The position numbers were made by a program, and so were the translations under genes. A DNA stretch of 64,000 nt from an uncultured delta proteobacterium (lineage in GTDB: Bacteria; Myxococcota; Myxococcia; Myxococcales; Anaeromyxobacteraceae), in assembly GCA_963828255.1 (NCBI GenBank), contig CAWHDZ010000015.1, positions 96,001 to 160,000 of the forward strand. The letters run 5' to 3'. The first letter of the stretch is position 1. Every line of letters starts with the position of its first letter. Below are positions 30,408 to 40,638 of the stretch, one piece after another. Under the pieces are notes generated by a model, which saw only the letters and a program-made list of their open reading frames with translations, was not told where the DNA came from and did not search any database.

Positions 30408-31037
30408 CTAGTCGGCCCGGATCTCCTTGCGGGCGATGATGATGGCGCCGATCAGGGTTGCCAGCAGGATGAGGGAGGCGAGCTCGAACGGGAGCAGCCA
30501 CTGCTGGAGAAGCGCGTGGCCGATCGGGGCGGTGGTGGGGGCGCCGCCGGTGGCGCGCACCGCCCAGGGGACGTCGAAGGCCACCACGAGGAGGAGCCCG
30601 AGCATCGCCGCGCAGAGGATGGCGGCGCCGGCCCAGCCCATGGTCGAGTTGGAGATGTTCACCTCTCCGATGCGGTTGGTCAGCATGACCGCGAAGAGGA
30701 TGAGGACCAGCACCCCGCCGATGTAGATGAAGACCTGGGCGACGGCGACGAAGTCGGCGGAGAGGAAGACGTAGAGGCCGGCCGCACCGAGCAGCGAGGC
30801 GAGCAGCCCGAGCGCCGAGTAGAGGATGTTCCGCGAGAAGGCCACCGCGGCGGCGCCGGCCACCGTGAGCCCCGCGACGGCGTAGAAGATCCCGTCGGCC
30901 AGCGTGAAGGTCCCGTGCAGCGGGCGGGTGGCGCCGGCCGCCATCGCGGGGGAGAGGAGGGCGGAGAGCACCCCGACGGCGCCGACGACGGCGGCGCTTC
31001 CGAGGGTCCAGGCGACGAGCTTCGTCTTGGTTCGCAT
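30408..31037 (-). CDS. nuoJ: NADH-quinone oxidoreductase subunit J
   Basis: QVFIYIGGVLVLILFAVML, LLPFELAS. Confidence 0.93.
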   Translation of the reverse strand: MRTKTKLVAWTLGSAAVVGAVGVLSALLSPAMAAGATRPLHGTFTLADGIFYAVAGLTVAGAAAVAFSRNILYSALGLLASLLGAAGLYVFLSADFVAVAQVFIYIGGVLVLILFAVMLTNRIGEVNISNSTMGWAGAAILCAAMLGLLLVVAFDVPWAVRATGGAPTTAPIGHALLQQWLLPFELASLILLATLIGAIIIARKEIRAD

Positions 31038-31050
31038 GCGTTGCTCTCGG

Positions 31051-31761
31051 TCAGGGCTTGGGGGCGTCGGGCTTCGCCGCGGCAGGAGCGGCAGGCGAAG
31101 CAGGAGCGGCAGGAGCGGCAGGAGCCGCGGCAGCCGCAGGCTTGGCGGCCGGGGCCGGCTTGGGCGGCGGCGGGGGCGGCGCCTTCAGGGGCTCGGGCGG
31201 CAGGTAGGTCAGCGCCGGCGCGTCCCAGCGGCGTCGGGCGACGAGGGCCTGGACCAGCGAGCCGAGCGGCGCGCGGGGAATGTACGGCGCCCCCTTGACG
31301 ACCTTGTAGACCGGGAAGGGCTTGATGGGATCGGCCCAGCGGAAGACCAGGTTGCGCACCGAGCGCTGGGTGGCCTCGAACTCGCGGGTGTGCTGGATGG
31401 AGCCGGTCGGGCAGGGCTCGACGCACAGGCCGCAGAACATGCACTTGGCCTCGTCGATGTCGAACTGGGTGACCACCCGCTGCTTGGGGTTCGAGGGGTC
31501 CTTCTCGAGCTCGATGGAGATGCAGCTGATGGGGCAGGCGCGCTCGCAGGCCTGGCAGCCGGTGCAGATGTCGACATCCACCTCGAGGAAGCCGCGGTAG
31601 CGGGCCGGCAGCACGTCCTGGACGGGAAGCTCGAGCCGGTCGGGGTACTGCACGGTGATGGGGCGGCGAAGGACCTGGGAAAGCGTCACCGACATGCCGT
31701 GCCAGAACGACGTCACGGTGTCGCGGATGTTTCCGACGTATTCGCTGGCGGTGGTGAGCAT
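31051..31761 (-). CDS. nuoI: NADH-quinone oxidoreductase subunit I, copy 1, with Pro/Ala-rich tail
   Basis: TVQYP, CTGCQACERACP, CMFCGLCVEPCP. Confidence 0.93.
   Translation of the reverse strand: MLTTASEYVGNIRDTVTSFWHGMSVTLSQVLRRPITVQYPDRLELPVQDVLPARYRGFLEVDVDICTGCQACERACPISCISIELEKDPSNPKQRVVTQFDIDEAKCMFCGLCVEPCPTGSIQHTREFEATQRSVRNLVFRWADPIKPFPVYKVVKGAPYIPRAPLGSLVQALVARRRWDAPALTYLPPEPLKAPPPPPPKPAPAAKPAAAAAPAAPAAPASPAAPAAAKPDAPKP
31081..31125. repeat. Imperfect 9-bp tandem repeat (GCAGGAGCG) encoding the APA/PAA tail of NuoI
   Basis: ggcaggagcggcaggcgaagcaggagcggcaggagcggcaggagc. Confidence 0.7.
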
Positions 31762-31773
31762 GGGCGGCGGTTC

Positions 31774-33153
31774 CTACCAGTTCGAGAGGTCGACGCGCTC
31801 GTGCGCGATGAGGGAGACGTTCTTCCGGGTCTGCACGAGGAAGCGCCAGGTCACCCAGAGCGTGGCCGCCAGGACGGCGAGCGCGGTGATGCGCTCGACC
31901 ACCGGGGCCCAGGTCGCGACCATCTGCCAGAGCAGCGTGAAGAGCATGGCCGCGAAGCCGGCCGGGACCAGGTACTTCCAGCAGAGCGTCATCATCTGAT
32001 CGATGCGGATGCGGGGCAGCGTCCAGCGGATCCAGATGACCACGTTGACGAGGAAGAGGGTCTTCAGCGCGAAGACGCCCAGCGAGACGAACTGCAGGGC
32101 CCACCAGCCCCAGGCCGGGAAGGAGCCGGAGCCGCGCACCGCCGCCCAGGTCTGGGTGCCCACGCCGGGGATCTGCCAGCCGCCCAGGAAGAGGGTGGTG
32201 GCCACCGCGCCGATGATCCAGAGGTTGGCCCACTCGACCAGGAAGTACAGGGCGAAGCGGAAGCCCGAGTACTCGGAGAAGTAGCCGGCCACCAGCTCCG
32301 ACTCGGCCTCGGCCAGGTCGAACGGGGTGCGGTTGCCCTCGGCGAGCTGCGAGATGAAGAGGATGAAGAAGGCCACCGCGGCGGCCGGGTTGCGGAAGAA
32401 GAACCACTCCCAGGGCCAGCCGCCCTGGGCCTGGATGAGCCCCTGGGTGGAAAGGGTGCCGGCCATCAGGACCGGAACCATGATGGCCAGGCCGGCCGGG
32501 ATCTCGTAGCTGATGATCTGCGCGGTGGCGCGGATGGCGCCGAAGAGCGACCACTTCGAGTTGGAGGCCCAGCCCGAGAGGATGACGCCGACCACGATGA
32601 ACGAGGTGACCGCCAGGATGTAGAAGATGCCCACGTCGAGGTCGGCCACCACGATGGCCTGTCCGGCCGGGAGCGCCACCATCACGAGCGTCATGCCGGC
32701 CACCACGAAGTACGGGGCGGCGCGGAAGACCATCGCGTCGGCCTCGCCGGGGACGAGGTCCTCCTTGAAGAGGAGCTTCACCGCGTCGGCGATCCACTGG
32801 AGGAAGCCGCCGGCGCCCACGCGGTTCGGGCCGATGCGGCTCTGCATGCGCGCCGCCACCCGCCGCTCGTACCAGGAGAAGATGCCGCCGGTGATGGCGG
32901 CGAAGGTGAACATGACGATGCCGGCCACGAAGAAGGCCAGCCCGTAGGTCCACTGGGTGCCGGCCCAGCTGGCCGGGTCGTGGCCGAGCTTCTCGCGGAT
33001 GAACGCGTCGAAGAGCGGCTTGTGCATCATCGGGATGACGAAGACGAGCAGACCCGCCAGCAGCGCCGGGATGCCGATCACCGCGCCGAGCGACGCGCCG
33101 ACGAGGAGCTTCTTCGTGCCTGGCTTCGGGAAGGCGAAGGAGAACTGGGCCAT
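31774..33153 (-). CDS. nuoH: NADH-quinone oxidoreductase subunit H, copy 1, N-terminally extended
   Basis: ERRVAARMQSRIGPNRVG, ADAVKLLFKED, NRTPFDLAEAESEL, RWTLPRIR. Confidence 0.95.
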   Translation of the reverse strand: MAQFSFAFPKPGTKKLLVGASLGAVIGIPALLAGLLVFVIPMMHKPLFDAFIREKLGHDPASWAGTQWTYGLAFFVAGIVMFTFAAITGGIFSWYERRVAARMQSRIGPNRVGAGGFLQWIADAVKLLFKEDLVPGEADAMVFRAAPYFVVAGMTLVMVALPAGQAIVVADLDVGIFYILAVTSFIVVGVILSGWASNSKWSLFGAIRATAQIISYEIPAGLAIMVPVLMAGTLSTQGLIQAQGGWPWEWFFFRNPAAAVAFFILFISQLAEGNRTPFDLAEAESELVAGYFSEYSGFRFALYFLVEWANLWIIGAVATTLFLGGWQIPGVGTQTWAAVRGSGSFPAWGWWALQFVSLGVFALKTLFLVNVVIWIRWTLPRIRIDQMMTLCWKYLVPAGFAAMLFTLLWQMVATWAPVVERITALAVLAATLWVTWRFLVQTRKNVSLIAHERVDLSNW

Positions 33154-33155
33154 GT

Positions 33156-34295
33156 CTAGCGATCCGTCTCGGGAGCCACGACGTCGAGGGAAGCGATGAG
33201 GGCCACGAGGTCCGCGACCATGAGGCCGGGTGAGATGTCCTCGATGATGCCCATCGCCATGTAGGAACCGGTTCGGGCGCGGAGGCGGTAGGCGCGCTCG
33301 CCGCCGTCGGAGACCAGGTAGTAGGCCATCTCCCCGCGGGCCGACTCGACGCGGCTCTGCACCTCGCCGGCCTCCGGCTTGGGCTTGCGGGGCACCTTGG
33401 CGGTGATCTCCCCCTCGGGCATCTGCTCGAGCGCCTGGCGGACGATGCGCGACGACTGGGCCATCTCGATGACCCGCACGAAGTAGCGGTCGTAGCAGTC
33501 GCCCACCACGCCGGCCCAGCCGCGCCCCACCGGGACGTCGAACTTGAAGTCGGCGTAGGCGCCGTACGGGACGTCGCGGCGCAGGTCCCAGTCCACGCCG
33601 CTGCCGCGCAGGTTGGGCCCGGAGAGGCCGTAGTCGATGGCCTGCGCGCGGGAGATGACCGCCACCCCGCCCAGGCGCTTCTTGTAGATCTCGTTGAAGG
33701 AGATGAGCCGGTCCCACTCCTGGACCGAGCTGTCGAAGCGGTCGAGGTAGGCGAGGACCTTCTCCTTCCAGCCGGTCGGCATGTCGAAGGCCACGCCGCC
33801 GATGCGGTGGTAGTTGTAGGTGAGCCGGGCCCCGCAGAGGGCCTCGAGCAGGTCGTTGATGATCTCCCGCTCGCGGAGCGCGTAGACCAGCGGGGTGACC
33901 GCGCCGATGTCGGTGGCCATGGTGCCCACCGAGACCAGGTGGCTGGCGATGCGGTTCAGCTCGCAGGAGATGGCGCGCAGGTACTGGGCCCGCTTCGGCA
34001 CCTCGATCTTGAGCAGCCTCTCCACCGCGATCGCGTACCCCTCGTTGGCGAACATCGCTGCGAGGTAGTCGATGCGGTCGGTGTAGGGCATGTACCCGGG
34101 ATAGCCGACCATCTCGCCGATCTTCTCGAGCGAGCGATGCAGGTAGCCGATGTCCGGGATGGCCTTCCGCATCACCTCCCCGTCGGTCTCGACGAGGAAG
34201 TTGAGCACGCCGTGGGTGGACGGGTGCTGCGGCCCGAAGTTGATGAGCATCTCCTCGTTGTTTCGATCGACGCGGCGCAGGACGAGCTTCGACAT
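33156..34295 (-). CDS. nuoD: NADH-quinone oxidoreductase subunit D, copy 1
   Basis: [28 protein letters not shown]; no NiFe CxxC pairs. Confidence 0.95.
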   Translation of the reverse strand: MSKLVLRRVDRNNEEMLINFGPQHPSTHGVLNFLVETDGEVMRKAIPDIGYLHRSLEKIGEMVGYPGYMPYTDRIDYLAAMFANEGYAIAVERLLKIEVPKRAQYLRAISCELNRIASHLVSVGTMATDIGAVTPLVYALREREIINDLLEALCGARLTYNYHRIGGVAFDMPTGWKEKVLAYLDRFDSSVQEWDRLISFNEIYKKRLGGVAVISRAQAIDYGLSGPNLRGSGVDWDLRRDVPYGAYADFKFDVPVGRGWAGVVGDCYDRYFVRVIEMAQSSRIVRQALEQMPEGEITAKVPRKPKPEAGEVQSRVESARGEMAYYLVSDGGERAYRLRARTGSYMAMGIIEDISPGLMVADLVALIASLDVVAPETDR

Positions 34296-34306
34296 GTCGT
34301 TGTCCT

Positions 34307-34960
34307 CTAGGCCTTCGGCGCGGCGGGCGGGGCCGCGGGCGCGGGCGGGGTGGGAGGCGTCCCGGCGGCGGGCGCGGGCGCCGGGGGCGGCGCGGGCGGG
34401 GGAGGGGGAGGCGGCGGGTTGGCCTTGAGGTGCTCGGCGATGCGCACCAGGTCGATGCGGCGAAGCTCGACGAGCGGGTTCTCGCGCAGGTTGGGGATGC
34501 CGTGGAAGCCGCCGGCCTCCTGGTAGTCCTTGAGAAGCGGGTGTCCGACCCAGTCGTCGGGGAGCATGACGCGCCGCAGGTCCGGGTGGCCGGTGAAGGT
34601 CACGCCGAAGAGGTCGTAGACCTCCCGCTCCAGCCAGTTGGCCGCCTTCCAGACCCCCTCGACGGTGTGGACCACCGGGTTGGCCCGGTCGAGCTCGACC
34701 TTGAGGACAATCCCATGCCGGTGGGGGAAGGACTGGAGGTGGTAGACCACCTCGATGACGTTCCGCTTCGGCCAGTCGACCGCGGTCAGGTCCTGGAGGA
34801 AGTCGATCTCGACGCCCGGGGCCTGCTTCAGCCATGCGCAGACCTCCACGATGCGGTCGCCCTTCACGACGGCGAAGGCGTCCATCTTGGGCTCGGAGAG
34901 CGGGCCGACCGCCTCGCCGAAGGCTTCCTGGAGCTTCTGGTGGATCTCGATGGTGGTCAT
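34307..34960 (-). CDS. nuoC: NADH-quinone oxidoreductase subunit C, copy 1, with Pro-rich tail
   Basis: [27 protein letters not shown]. Confidence 0.95.
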   Translation of the reverse strand: MTTIEIHQKLQEAFGEAVGPLSEPKMDAFAVVKGDRIVEVCAWLKQAPGVEIDFLQDLTAVDWPKRNVIEVVYHLQSFPHRHGIVLKVELDRANPVVHTVEGVWKAANWLEREVYDLFGVTFTGHPDLRRVMLPDDWVGHPLLKDYQEAGGFHGIPNLRENPLVELRRIDLVRIAEHLKANPPPPPPPPAPPPAPAPAAGTPPTPPAPAAPPAAPKA

Positions 34961-34979
34961 TGGCCGTGTCCCTGGAATC

Positions 34980-35516
34980 TCAGGCCTGGCCGCCGGCGGA
35001 GAGCGGCGCGGGCGGGCGGCGCTTGTCCTTCCAGCGCTCCCGCATGATCAGGTCCTGGAGGCGGAGCAGCCCCTCGGTGAGGGCCTCCGGGCGGGGCGGG
35101 CAGCCCGGAACGTAGACGTCCACCGGGACCACCTTGTCCACTCCCTTGCACACCGAGTAGGCGAGCTGGAAGAGGCCGCCGCAGTTGGCGCAGGAGCCCA
35201 TGGAGATCACGTACTTGGGTTCCGCCATCTGGTCGTAGAGGAGCTTCAGCCGCTCGGCCATCTTGTAGGTGAGCGTGCCCGCCACGATCATGAAGTCGGC
35301 CTGGCGGGGGGTGGCGCGGAAGACCGCCCCGAACCGGTCGGCGTCGGCGCGCGGGCCGCCGAACTGCATCAGCTCGATCCCGCAGCAGGCCAGGCCGAAG
35401 AGCAGGTAGTGGAGCGAGTTGGCCCGCGCCATGTTGATGATCTTGTCGAGCTGGCTGGTGTGGGCGAAGACGACGTCGCCGCCCATCTCCGCGTCCATGG
35501 TGTCTCGGTTGGCCAT
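34980..35516 (-). CDS. nuoB: NADH-quinone oxidoreductase subunit B, copy 1
   Basis: [28 protein letters not shown]. Confidence 0.95.
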   Translation of the reverse strand: MANRDTMDAEMGGDVVFAHTSQLDKIINMARANSLHYLLFGLACCGIELMQFGGPRADADRFGAVFRATPRQADFMIVAGTLTYKMAERLKLLYDQMAEPKYVISMGSCANCGGLFQLAYSVCKGVDKVVPVDVYVPGCPPRPEALTEGLLRLQDLIMRERWKDKRRPPAPLSAGGQA

Positions 35517-35535
35517 GTGGATTCCTCCGGAACGG

Positions 35536-35979
35536 TCAGGCAGCCCTGGACGCCGGGCGCTCGTCGTCGGCGTCGGGGGCGTCGTCGACGACCGCCAGTT
35601 TCTTGACCCACTCCAGGTCGCCGTGCGCCCAGACCCACACCAGGCCCACCATGAGGATGGCGATGAAGAGGAAGAGCTCGGCGAAGGCCACCCAGGCGTA
35701 CTGGGGGCCGGCGGCCACCCAGTCCTTGTAGACGACCGCCACCGGGAAGGTCAGCGCCAGGTCCACCTCGAAGATCACGAAGACCAGGGCGACCAGGTAG
35801 AAGCGGGGGTTGAAGTTGAACCAGGCGCGGCCGATGGGCTTCTCGCCGCACTCGTAGATGAGCGACTTGTCCGCGGACGGGAAGGACGGACGGATCGCCT
35901 TGAAGCCGGCCAGCAACCCGAAGGGGAGCAGCACGGCGACGGCGGCGAATGCGAGCACTGCGGCGAACTGATAGCCCAT
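35536..35979 (-). CDS. nuoA: NADH-quinone oxidoreductase subunit A, copy 1
   Basis: [25 protein letters not shown]. Confidence 0.92.
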   Translation of the reverse strand: MGYQFAAVLAFAAVAVLLPFGLLAGFKAIRPSFPSADKSLIYECGEKPIGRAWFNFNPRFYLVALVFVIFEVDLALTFPVAVVYKDWVAAGPQYAWVAFAELFLFIAILMVGLVWVWAHGDLEWVKKLAVVDDAPDADDERPASRAA

Positions 35980-36029
35980 GGAAAAGACCCCGGGTGCAGA
36001 GGAGGTGGAGGGCTCCAAAGAGGGCGCGG

Positions 36030-36057
36030 AGTCTACAGTCCCGCGCCAGGGAGTCAA
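36030..36057 (-). promoter_or_regulatory. sigma70-type promoter of the leftward nuo operon
   Basis: Minus strand TTGACT (36057-36052)-N16-TAGACT (36035-36030). Confidence 0.55.
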
Positions 36058-36151
36058 GCGTCGAATCCGTGGGCGGAAGCGGTGATTCCGCTTGACGAAA
36101 CATGCGCATACAGGCAGTTAGGAGCACCTTGACCCCTGACCCGGTCGCCCC

Positions 36152-36523
36152 ATGAATACAGCCCTGCAGAGCTACTTCCCGCTCGCGGTCGTCATCGTAC
36201 TCGCAGTGATTCTGGGGCTCACGCTCCTGGGTCTCGCGAACCTCCTCGGACCGCGCGCGCCCAACGAGGCCAAGTCGAGCCCGTTCGAGTTCGGCTCGAG
36301 GCCGTCGGGCCTGGGGCGCGACCGGTTCGACGTGAAGTTCTACCTGCTTGCGCTCCTCTTCGTGGTCTTCGACGTCGAGGCGATCTTCATGTACCCCTGG
36401 GCGGTCTCGCTCGTCGACCTGGGCTGGCCCTCCTTCATGATCATGGCGGCCTTCGGGGCAACCCTGGTGGTGGGCCTGATCTACGTCTGGAAGAAGGGCG
36501 CCCTCGACTGGAGCCGGGAATGA
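36152..36523 (+). CDS. nuoA: NADH-quinone oxidoreductase subunit A, copy 2
   Basis: FYLLALLFVVFDVE, YVWKKGALDW. Confidence 0.93.
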   Translation: MNTALQSYFPLAVVIVLAVILGLTLLGLANLLGPRAPNEAKSSPFEFGSRPSGLGRDRFDVKFYLLALLFVVFDVEAIFMYPWAVSLVDLGWPSFMIMAAFGATLVVGLIYVWKKGALDWSRE

Positions 36524-37071
36524 CCATGTCCTCCAACTCGGATCTCGACCTCGTCCCCGCCATCGCCACCCGGCGTGAAGACGCACTCTCCGGCCTGGGC
36601 AAGATGGTCTCCCAGGGGCTGGGGTGGGCGCGGAAGTACAGCCTCTTCCAGTACCCGTTCGTCACCGCCTGCTGCGGCATGGAGTTCATGGCCGTGGCGG
36701 CGGCCCGCTACGACCTCGACCGCTTCGGCGCGGCGCTGCCCCGCTTCTCGCCCCGCCAGGCCGACCTGCTCATGGTGGTGGGCACCATCAACGTGAAGCA
36801 GGCCCCCATTCTGAAGAGGGTCTACGACTCCATGGCCGACCCGAAGTGGGTGGTGGCCTTCGGGGTCTGCGCCTCGTCGGGCGGCTTCTACGACAACTAC
36901 GCCACCATGCAGGGCATCGACCGCATCATCCCGGTGGACGTCTACATCCCCGGATGCCCGCCCCGGCCGGAGCAGGTCCTCGACGGGATCATGATGCTGC
37001 AGCAGAGGATCCAGGACCAGCGCCACCAGCTCACCGAAGGCAAGAAGCCTTCGCTCCCGGCGGAGGGGTAG
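36520..37071 (+). CDS. nuoB: NADH-quinone oxidoreductase subunit B, copy 2
   Basis: [31 protein letters not shown]. Confidence 0.95.
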   Translation: MTMSSNSDLDLVPAIATRREDALSGLGKMVSQGLGWARKYSLFQYPFVTACCGMEFMAVAAARYDLDRFGAALPRFSPRQADLLMVVGTINVKQAPILKRVYDSMADPKWVVAFGVCASSGGFYDNYATMQGIDRIIPVDVYIPGCPPRPEQVLDGIMMLQQRIQDQRHQLTEGKKPSLPAEG

Positions 37072-37074
37072 ACC

Positions 37075-37596
37075 GTGTCCCAGGCACCACTCCAGAAGCT
37101 GAAGGAGCGCTTCCCCGGCGCCGTGACCGAGACGTACGCGGGCAGGGGCGGGGACGCCGTGGCGCTCGTGAAGAAGGAGTCCGTGGCGGAGGTCTGCCGG
37201 TTCCTCAAGGACGATCCGGACCTGGCCTTCGACATGGCGCCCTACATCACCGCCGTCGACTACATGGGCTCCGAGCCGCGCTTCGACCTCGTCTACCAGA
37301 TGTACTCCACGAAGAGGAACCACCGCATCCGGCTGCGGGTGGGCGTCCCCGAGGGCGACCCGGTGGTGGCCAGCGTGACGTCCATCTGGAAGGGCGCCGA
37401 CTGGTACGAGCGCTACTGCTGGGACATGTACGGCATCCGCTTCGAGGGCCACCCCGACCCCCGCCGCCTCTACATGTACGAGGAGTTCGTCGGCCACCCG
37501 CTGCGCAAGGACTACTCGCTGCGCGGGCGCCAGCCGCTCATGGCCGAGCGCGTCATCGACGAGCCCTTCCGCGGCCCCGGCCCCACCGGCGGATAG
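37075..37596 (+). CDS. nuoC: NADH-quinone oxidoreductase subunit C, copy 2
   Basis: WYERYCWDMYGIRFEGHPD, GHPLRKDY. Confidence 0.94.
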   Translation: MSQAPLQKLKERFPGAVTETYAGRGGDAVALVKKESVAEVCRFLKDDPDLAFDMAPYITAVDYMGSEPRFDLVYQMYSTKRNHRIRLRVGVPEGDPVVASVTSIWKGADWYERYCWDMYGIRFEGHPDPRRLYMYEEFVGHPLRKDYSLRGRQPLMAERVIDEPFRGPGPTGG

Positions 37597-37608
37597 GACA
37601 GGACCACC

Positions 37609-38847
37609 ATGGCCAAGGACACCGACAACCTCCTCGTCGTCCCCGCCGCCCCGGCGGAGAGCCCGCTCGACGCGCCGTTCCCGTCGAAGCGCATGATCGT
37701 CAACCTGGGCCCCAGCCACCCGGCCATGCACGGCACGGTGCGCGCGGTGGTCGAGCTCGACGGCGAGACCGTCCACGGGATGAAGCTGGACATCGGCTTC
37801 CTCCACCGCGGCTTCGAGAAGTCCTGCGAGAACGTCACCTGGACGCAGGTCTTCCCGTACACCGACCGGCTCAACTACGTGTCGTCGATCATGAACAACG
37901 TCGGCTACGCCATGGCCGTCGAGAAGCTCTGCGACCTCGAGGTGCCGGAGCGGGCCCAGTACCTGCGCGTCATCACCTCCGAGCTTCACCGGATGTGCGA
38001 CCACCTCACGCTGGTCTCCGCCATGGGCCTCGAGCTGGGCGCCATGACGGTGCTCATCTACGGCATGGAGGCCCGCGACCTCATCTGGGACCGGCTCACC
38101 GAGATCTGCGGCGCCCGCCTCACCTCCAACTACGCGCGGGTGGGCGGCGTCTCCCGCGACATCCCCGAGGGCTGGGGCGAGAAGGTGGAGCGCACGCTGG
38201 ACCGCTCCGCCGAGATGGTCGACGAGATCGACCGGCTGCTCACCCGCAACCGCATCGTCATCGATCGCACCCGCGGAACCGGGGTCATCTCCCGGGCCGA
38301 CGCCATCGCCTACGGGTTCACCGGCCCGTGCCTGCGCGCCTCCGGCGAGCCCTACGACGTGCGCAAGGCCACGCCCTACCTGGTCTACGACCGGCTCGAC
38401 TTCGAGGTCCCGGTGGGCACGAACGGCGACAACTTCGACCGCTACCTGATGCGCATGGAGGAACTGAAGCAGTCGGAGCGGCTGGTGCGCCAGTGCCTGG
38501 CCCAGATGCAGCCCGGGGCCATCGCCTCCGACGACCCGCGCTTCGTCCTGCCCCCCAAGCCCGAGGTGTACGGCTCCATCGAGGGGGCCATGGCCCATTT
38601 CAAGATCATCATGGAGGGGATCAAGGTCCCGCCCGGCGAGGCCTACGCCTGCGTGGAGGCCGCCAACGGGGAACTGGGGTTCTACGCCGTCTCCGACGGA
38701 AGCGGCCGCCCCTACAAGCTGGGGGTGCGCGCCCCGGGCTGGAACATGCTCATGGCGCTCCCGCAGATCATGGAGGGGCAGATGCTGGCCGACCTCATCC
38801 CCACCTTCGACACCGTCAACATGATCGGCGGCGAGGTCGAGCAGTAA
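37609..38847 (+). CDS. nuoD: NADH-quinone oxidoreductase subunit D, copy 2
   Basis: NLGPSHPAMHG, GFLHRGFEK, DRLNY, EAANGELG. Confidence 0.95.
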   Translation: MAKDTDNLLVVPAAPAESPLDAPFPSKRMIVNLGPSHPAMHGTVRAVVELDGETVHGMKLDIGFLHRGFEKSCENVTWTQVFPYTDRLNYVSSIMNNVGYAMAVEKLCDLEVPERAQYLRVITSELHRMCDHLTLVSAMGLELGAMTVLIYGMEARDLIWDRLTEICGARLTSNYARVGGVSRDIPEGWGEKVERTLDRSAEMVDEIDRLLTRNRIVIDRTRGTGVISRADAIAYGFTGPCLRASGEPYDVRKATPYLVYDRLDFEVPVGTNGDNFDRYLMRMEELKQSERLVRQCLAQMQPGAIASDDPRFVLPPKPEVYGSIEGAMAHFKIIMEGIKVPPGEAYACVEAANGELGFYAVSDGSGRPYKLGVRAPGWNMLMALPQIMEGQMLADLIPTFDTVNMIGGEVEQ

Positions 38848-38880
38848 CGCCTCCCCGACCCGCGACACCGGAGCCCCGAG

Positions 38881-40626
38881 ATGGCCGAAGAGACCAAGCC
38901 CGCCGCCGCCGCGCCCCCCAAGCCGGCGCCGCCCCCGGGGCCGCCGCCCCCCAAGAACCCCGGCATGGTGACGTTCACCATCGACGGGCGCGAGGCGGTG
39001 GTGAAGCCGGGGACCAACGTCATCGAGGCGGCCGCCTCGGTGGGCGTGTCCATCCCCTACTACTGCTGGCACAAGCGGCTCTCCATCGCCGCCAACTGCC
39101 GCATGTGCCTGGTGGAGATGTCCAACGCGCCCGGCGGCAAGCTCATGCCAGCCTGCCAGATGACCGCCGCCGAGGGCGTGGCCGTCAAGACCGATTCACC
39201 CAAGGTGAAGGACCAGCAGCGGGCCACCCTCGAGTTCCTGCTGGTGAACCACCCGGTGGACTGCCCCATCTGCGACCAGTCGGGCGAGTGCAAGCTGCAG
39301 GACTACTACTTCCAGTACGACACCACCGCCTCGCGTCTCGACGTCCCCAAGGTGACCCTGGGGAAGCGGGTCCGGCTGGGCAGCCTGGTGGTGCTCGATC
39401 AGGAACGCTGCATCCTCTGCACCCGCTGCGTCCGCTTCATGAGCGAGGTCCGCAAGAACCCGCAGCTCGGCGTGGACGCCCGCGGCAGCCACTCGGTCAT
39501 CACCACCGCGCCGGGCCAGCCGCTCGACGACCGCTACTCGGGCAACGTGGTGGACCTCTGTCCGGTGGGAGCGCTCACCTCCACCGACTTCCGCTTCCGC
39601 GGACGGGTCTGGTTCCTCTCCAGCGCCCGGTCGATCTGCTCCGGCTGCGCGCGCGGCTGCAACGTCTTCCTCGACTACATGCGGGACGGGACCTACCGCT
39701 ACCGCCCCCGGGAGAACGAGCAGGTCAACCAGGAGTGGATGTGCGACGAGGGGCGGCTCTCCTACAAGCCCATGAACGACGGGCGCGTTCTCGAGGCGCG
39801 GATCGGCAAGGAGCGGAACGGCCGGATCGCCGCGGTCACCGAGGCCGCCGCGGTGCTGAGGCGCCACGCCGGGCAGGGAACGCTCGCCTGGCTGGCCTCC
39901 CCCACGGCCTCGCTCGAGGATCTGCTGGCGGCGGCGCTCCTGGCCCGTGACGGGCTGAAGCTCTCCGAGGTCTACGTGGGTGGCCGCGGCGAGGGGTGGC
40001 AGGACGACTTCCTGCGCCGGGCCGACCAGAACCCCAACCGGGCCGGCCTCGCGCTGGTGGCCCGCGCCTTCGGGCTCGCGGTGAAGCCGGCCGCCGACCT
40101 GGGGGCCGCGGTGGCCTCGGGCAAGGTGAAGGCGGTCTGGGCGGTGGGGGCCGAGCTGGCCGCGCCGGAACTCGCCGCCACGCTGGCCCGCGCCGAGGCC
40201 CTGGTGGTGCAGGCCGTCAACGAGGGCGAGCTCGCCACGGCGGCCACCGTCCTGCTGCCGGCCTCGCCGGCGGCGGAGTCGGACGGGACCTTCGTGAACT
40301 TCGAGGGGCGGCCGCAGCGCTTCGAGCTGGCCTACTGGCCTCGCGGCGAGTCGCTGCCCCACTGGGCGCTGGCCTCCGAGCTGGGCCGGGCCCTGGGGCT
40401 GACCTCGCGCTGGACCAGCGCGCGGCAGGTCTTCGAGGACCTGGGACGTCGCGTGGCCGGGGACCTCCCCGGCTTCGAGTGGAACGCGCTGCCCTCGGTG
40501 GACCGGCGCAAGGGGCTCGTGCCGCTCGCCGCCGGGACGGTGGACGGGCGGCTGCCCGGGCACCGGGAGCGCATGCCCCTCGACGGGAGCGGAAACGTCG
40601 AGTGGAGCCGGCTGCCGAACCCCTGA
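38881..40626 (+). CDS. nuoG: NADH-quinone oxidoreductase subunit G (short form, 581 aa)
   Basis: [51 protein letters not shown]. Confidence 0.92.
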   Translation: MAEETKPAAAAPPKPAPPPGPPPPKNPGMVTFTIDGREAVVKPGTNVIEAAASVGVSIPYYCWHKRLSIAANCRMCLVEMSNAPGGKLMPACQMTAAEGVAVKTDSPKVKDQQRATLEFLLVNHPVDCPICDQSGECKLQDYYFQYDTTASRLDVPKVTLGKRVRLGSLVVLDQERCILCTRCVRFMSEVRKNPQLGVDARGSHSVITTAPGQPLDDRYSGNVVDLCPVGALTSTDFRFRGRVWFLSSARSICSGCARGCNVFLDYMRDGTYRYRPRENEQVNQEWMCDEGRLSYKPMNDGRVLEARIGKERNGRIAAVTEAAAVLRRHAGQGTLAWLASPTASLEDLLAAALLARDGLKLSEVYVGGRGEGWQDDFLRRADQNPNRAGLALVARAFGLAVKPAADLGAAVASGKVKAVWAVGAELAAPELAATLARAEALVVQAVNEGELATAATVLLPASPAAESDGTFVNFEGRPQRFELAYWPRGESLPHWALASELGRALGLTSRWTSARQVFEDLGRRVAGDLPGFEWNALPSVDRRKGLVPLAAGTVDGRLPGHRERMPLDGSGNVEWSRLPNP

Positions 40627-40638
40627 CAGGAGACCGCC

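Noticed and set aside
33156..38847. nuo clusters as group 4 [NiFe]-hydrogenases
   Set aside because: Neither D subunit has the N- and C-terminal CxxC Ni ligands; both B subunits have the tandem CC of complex I
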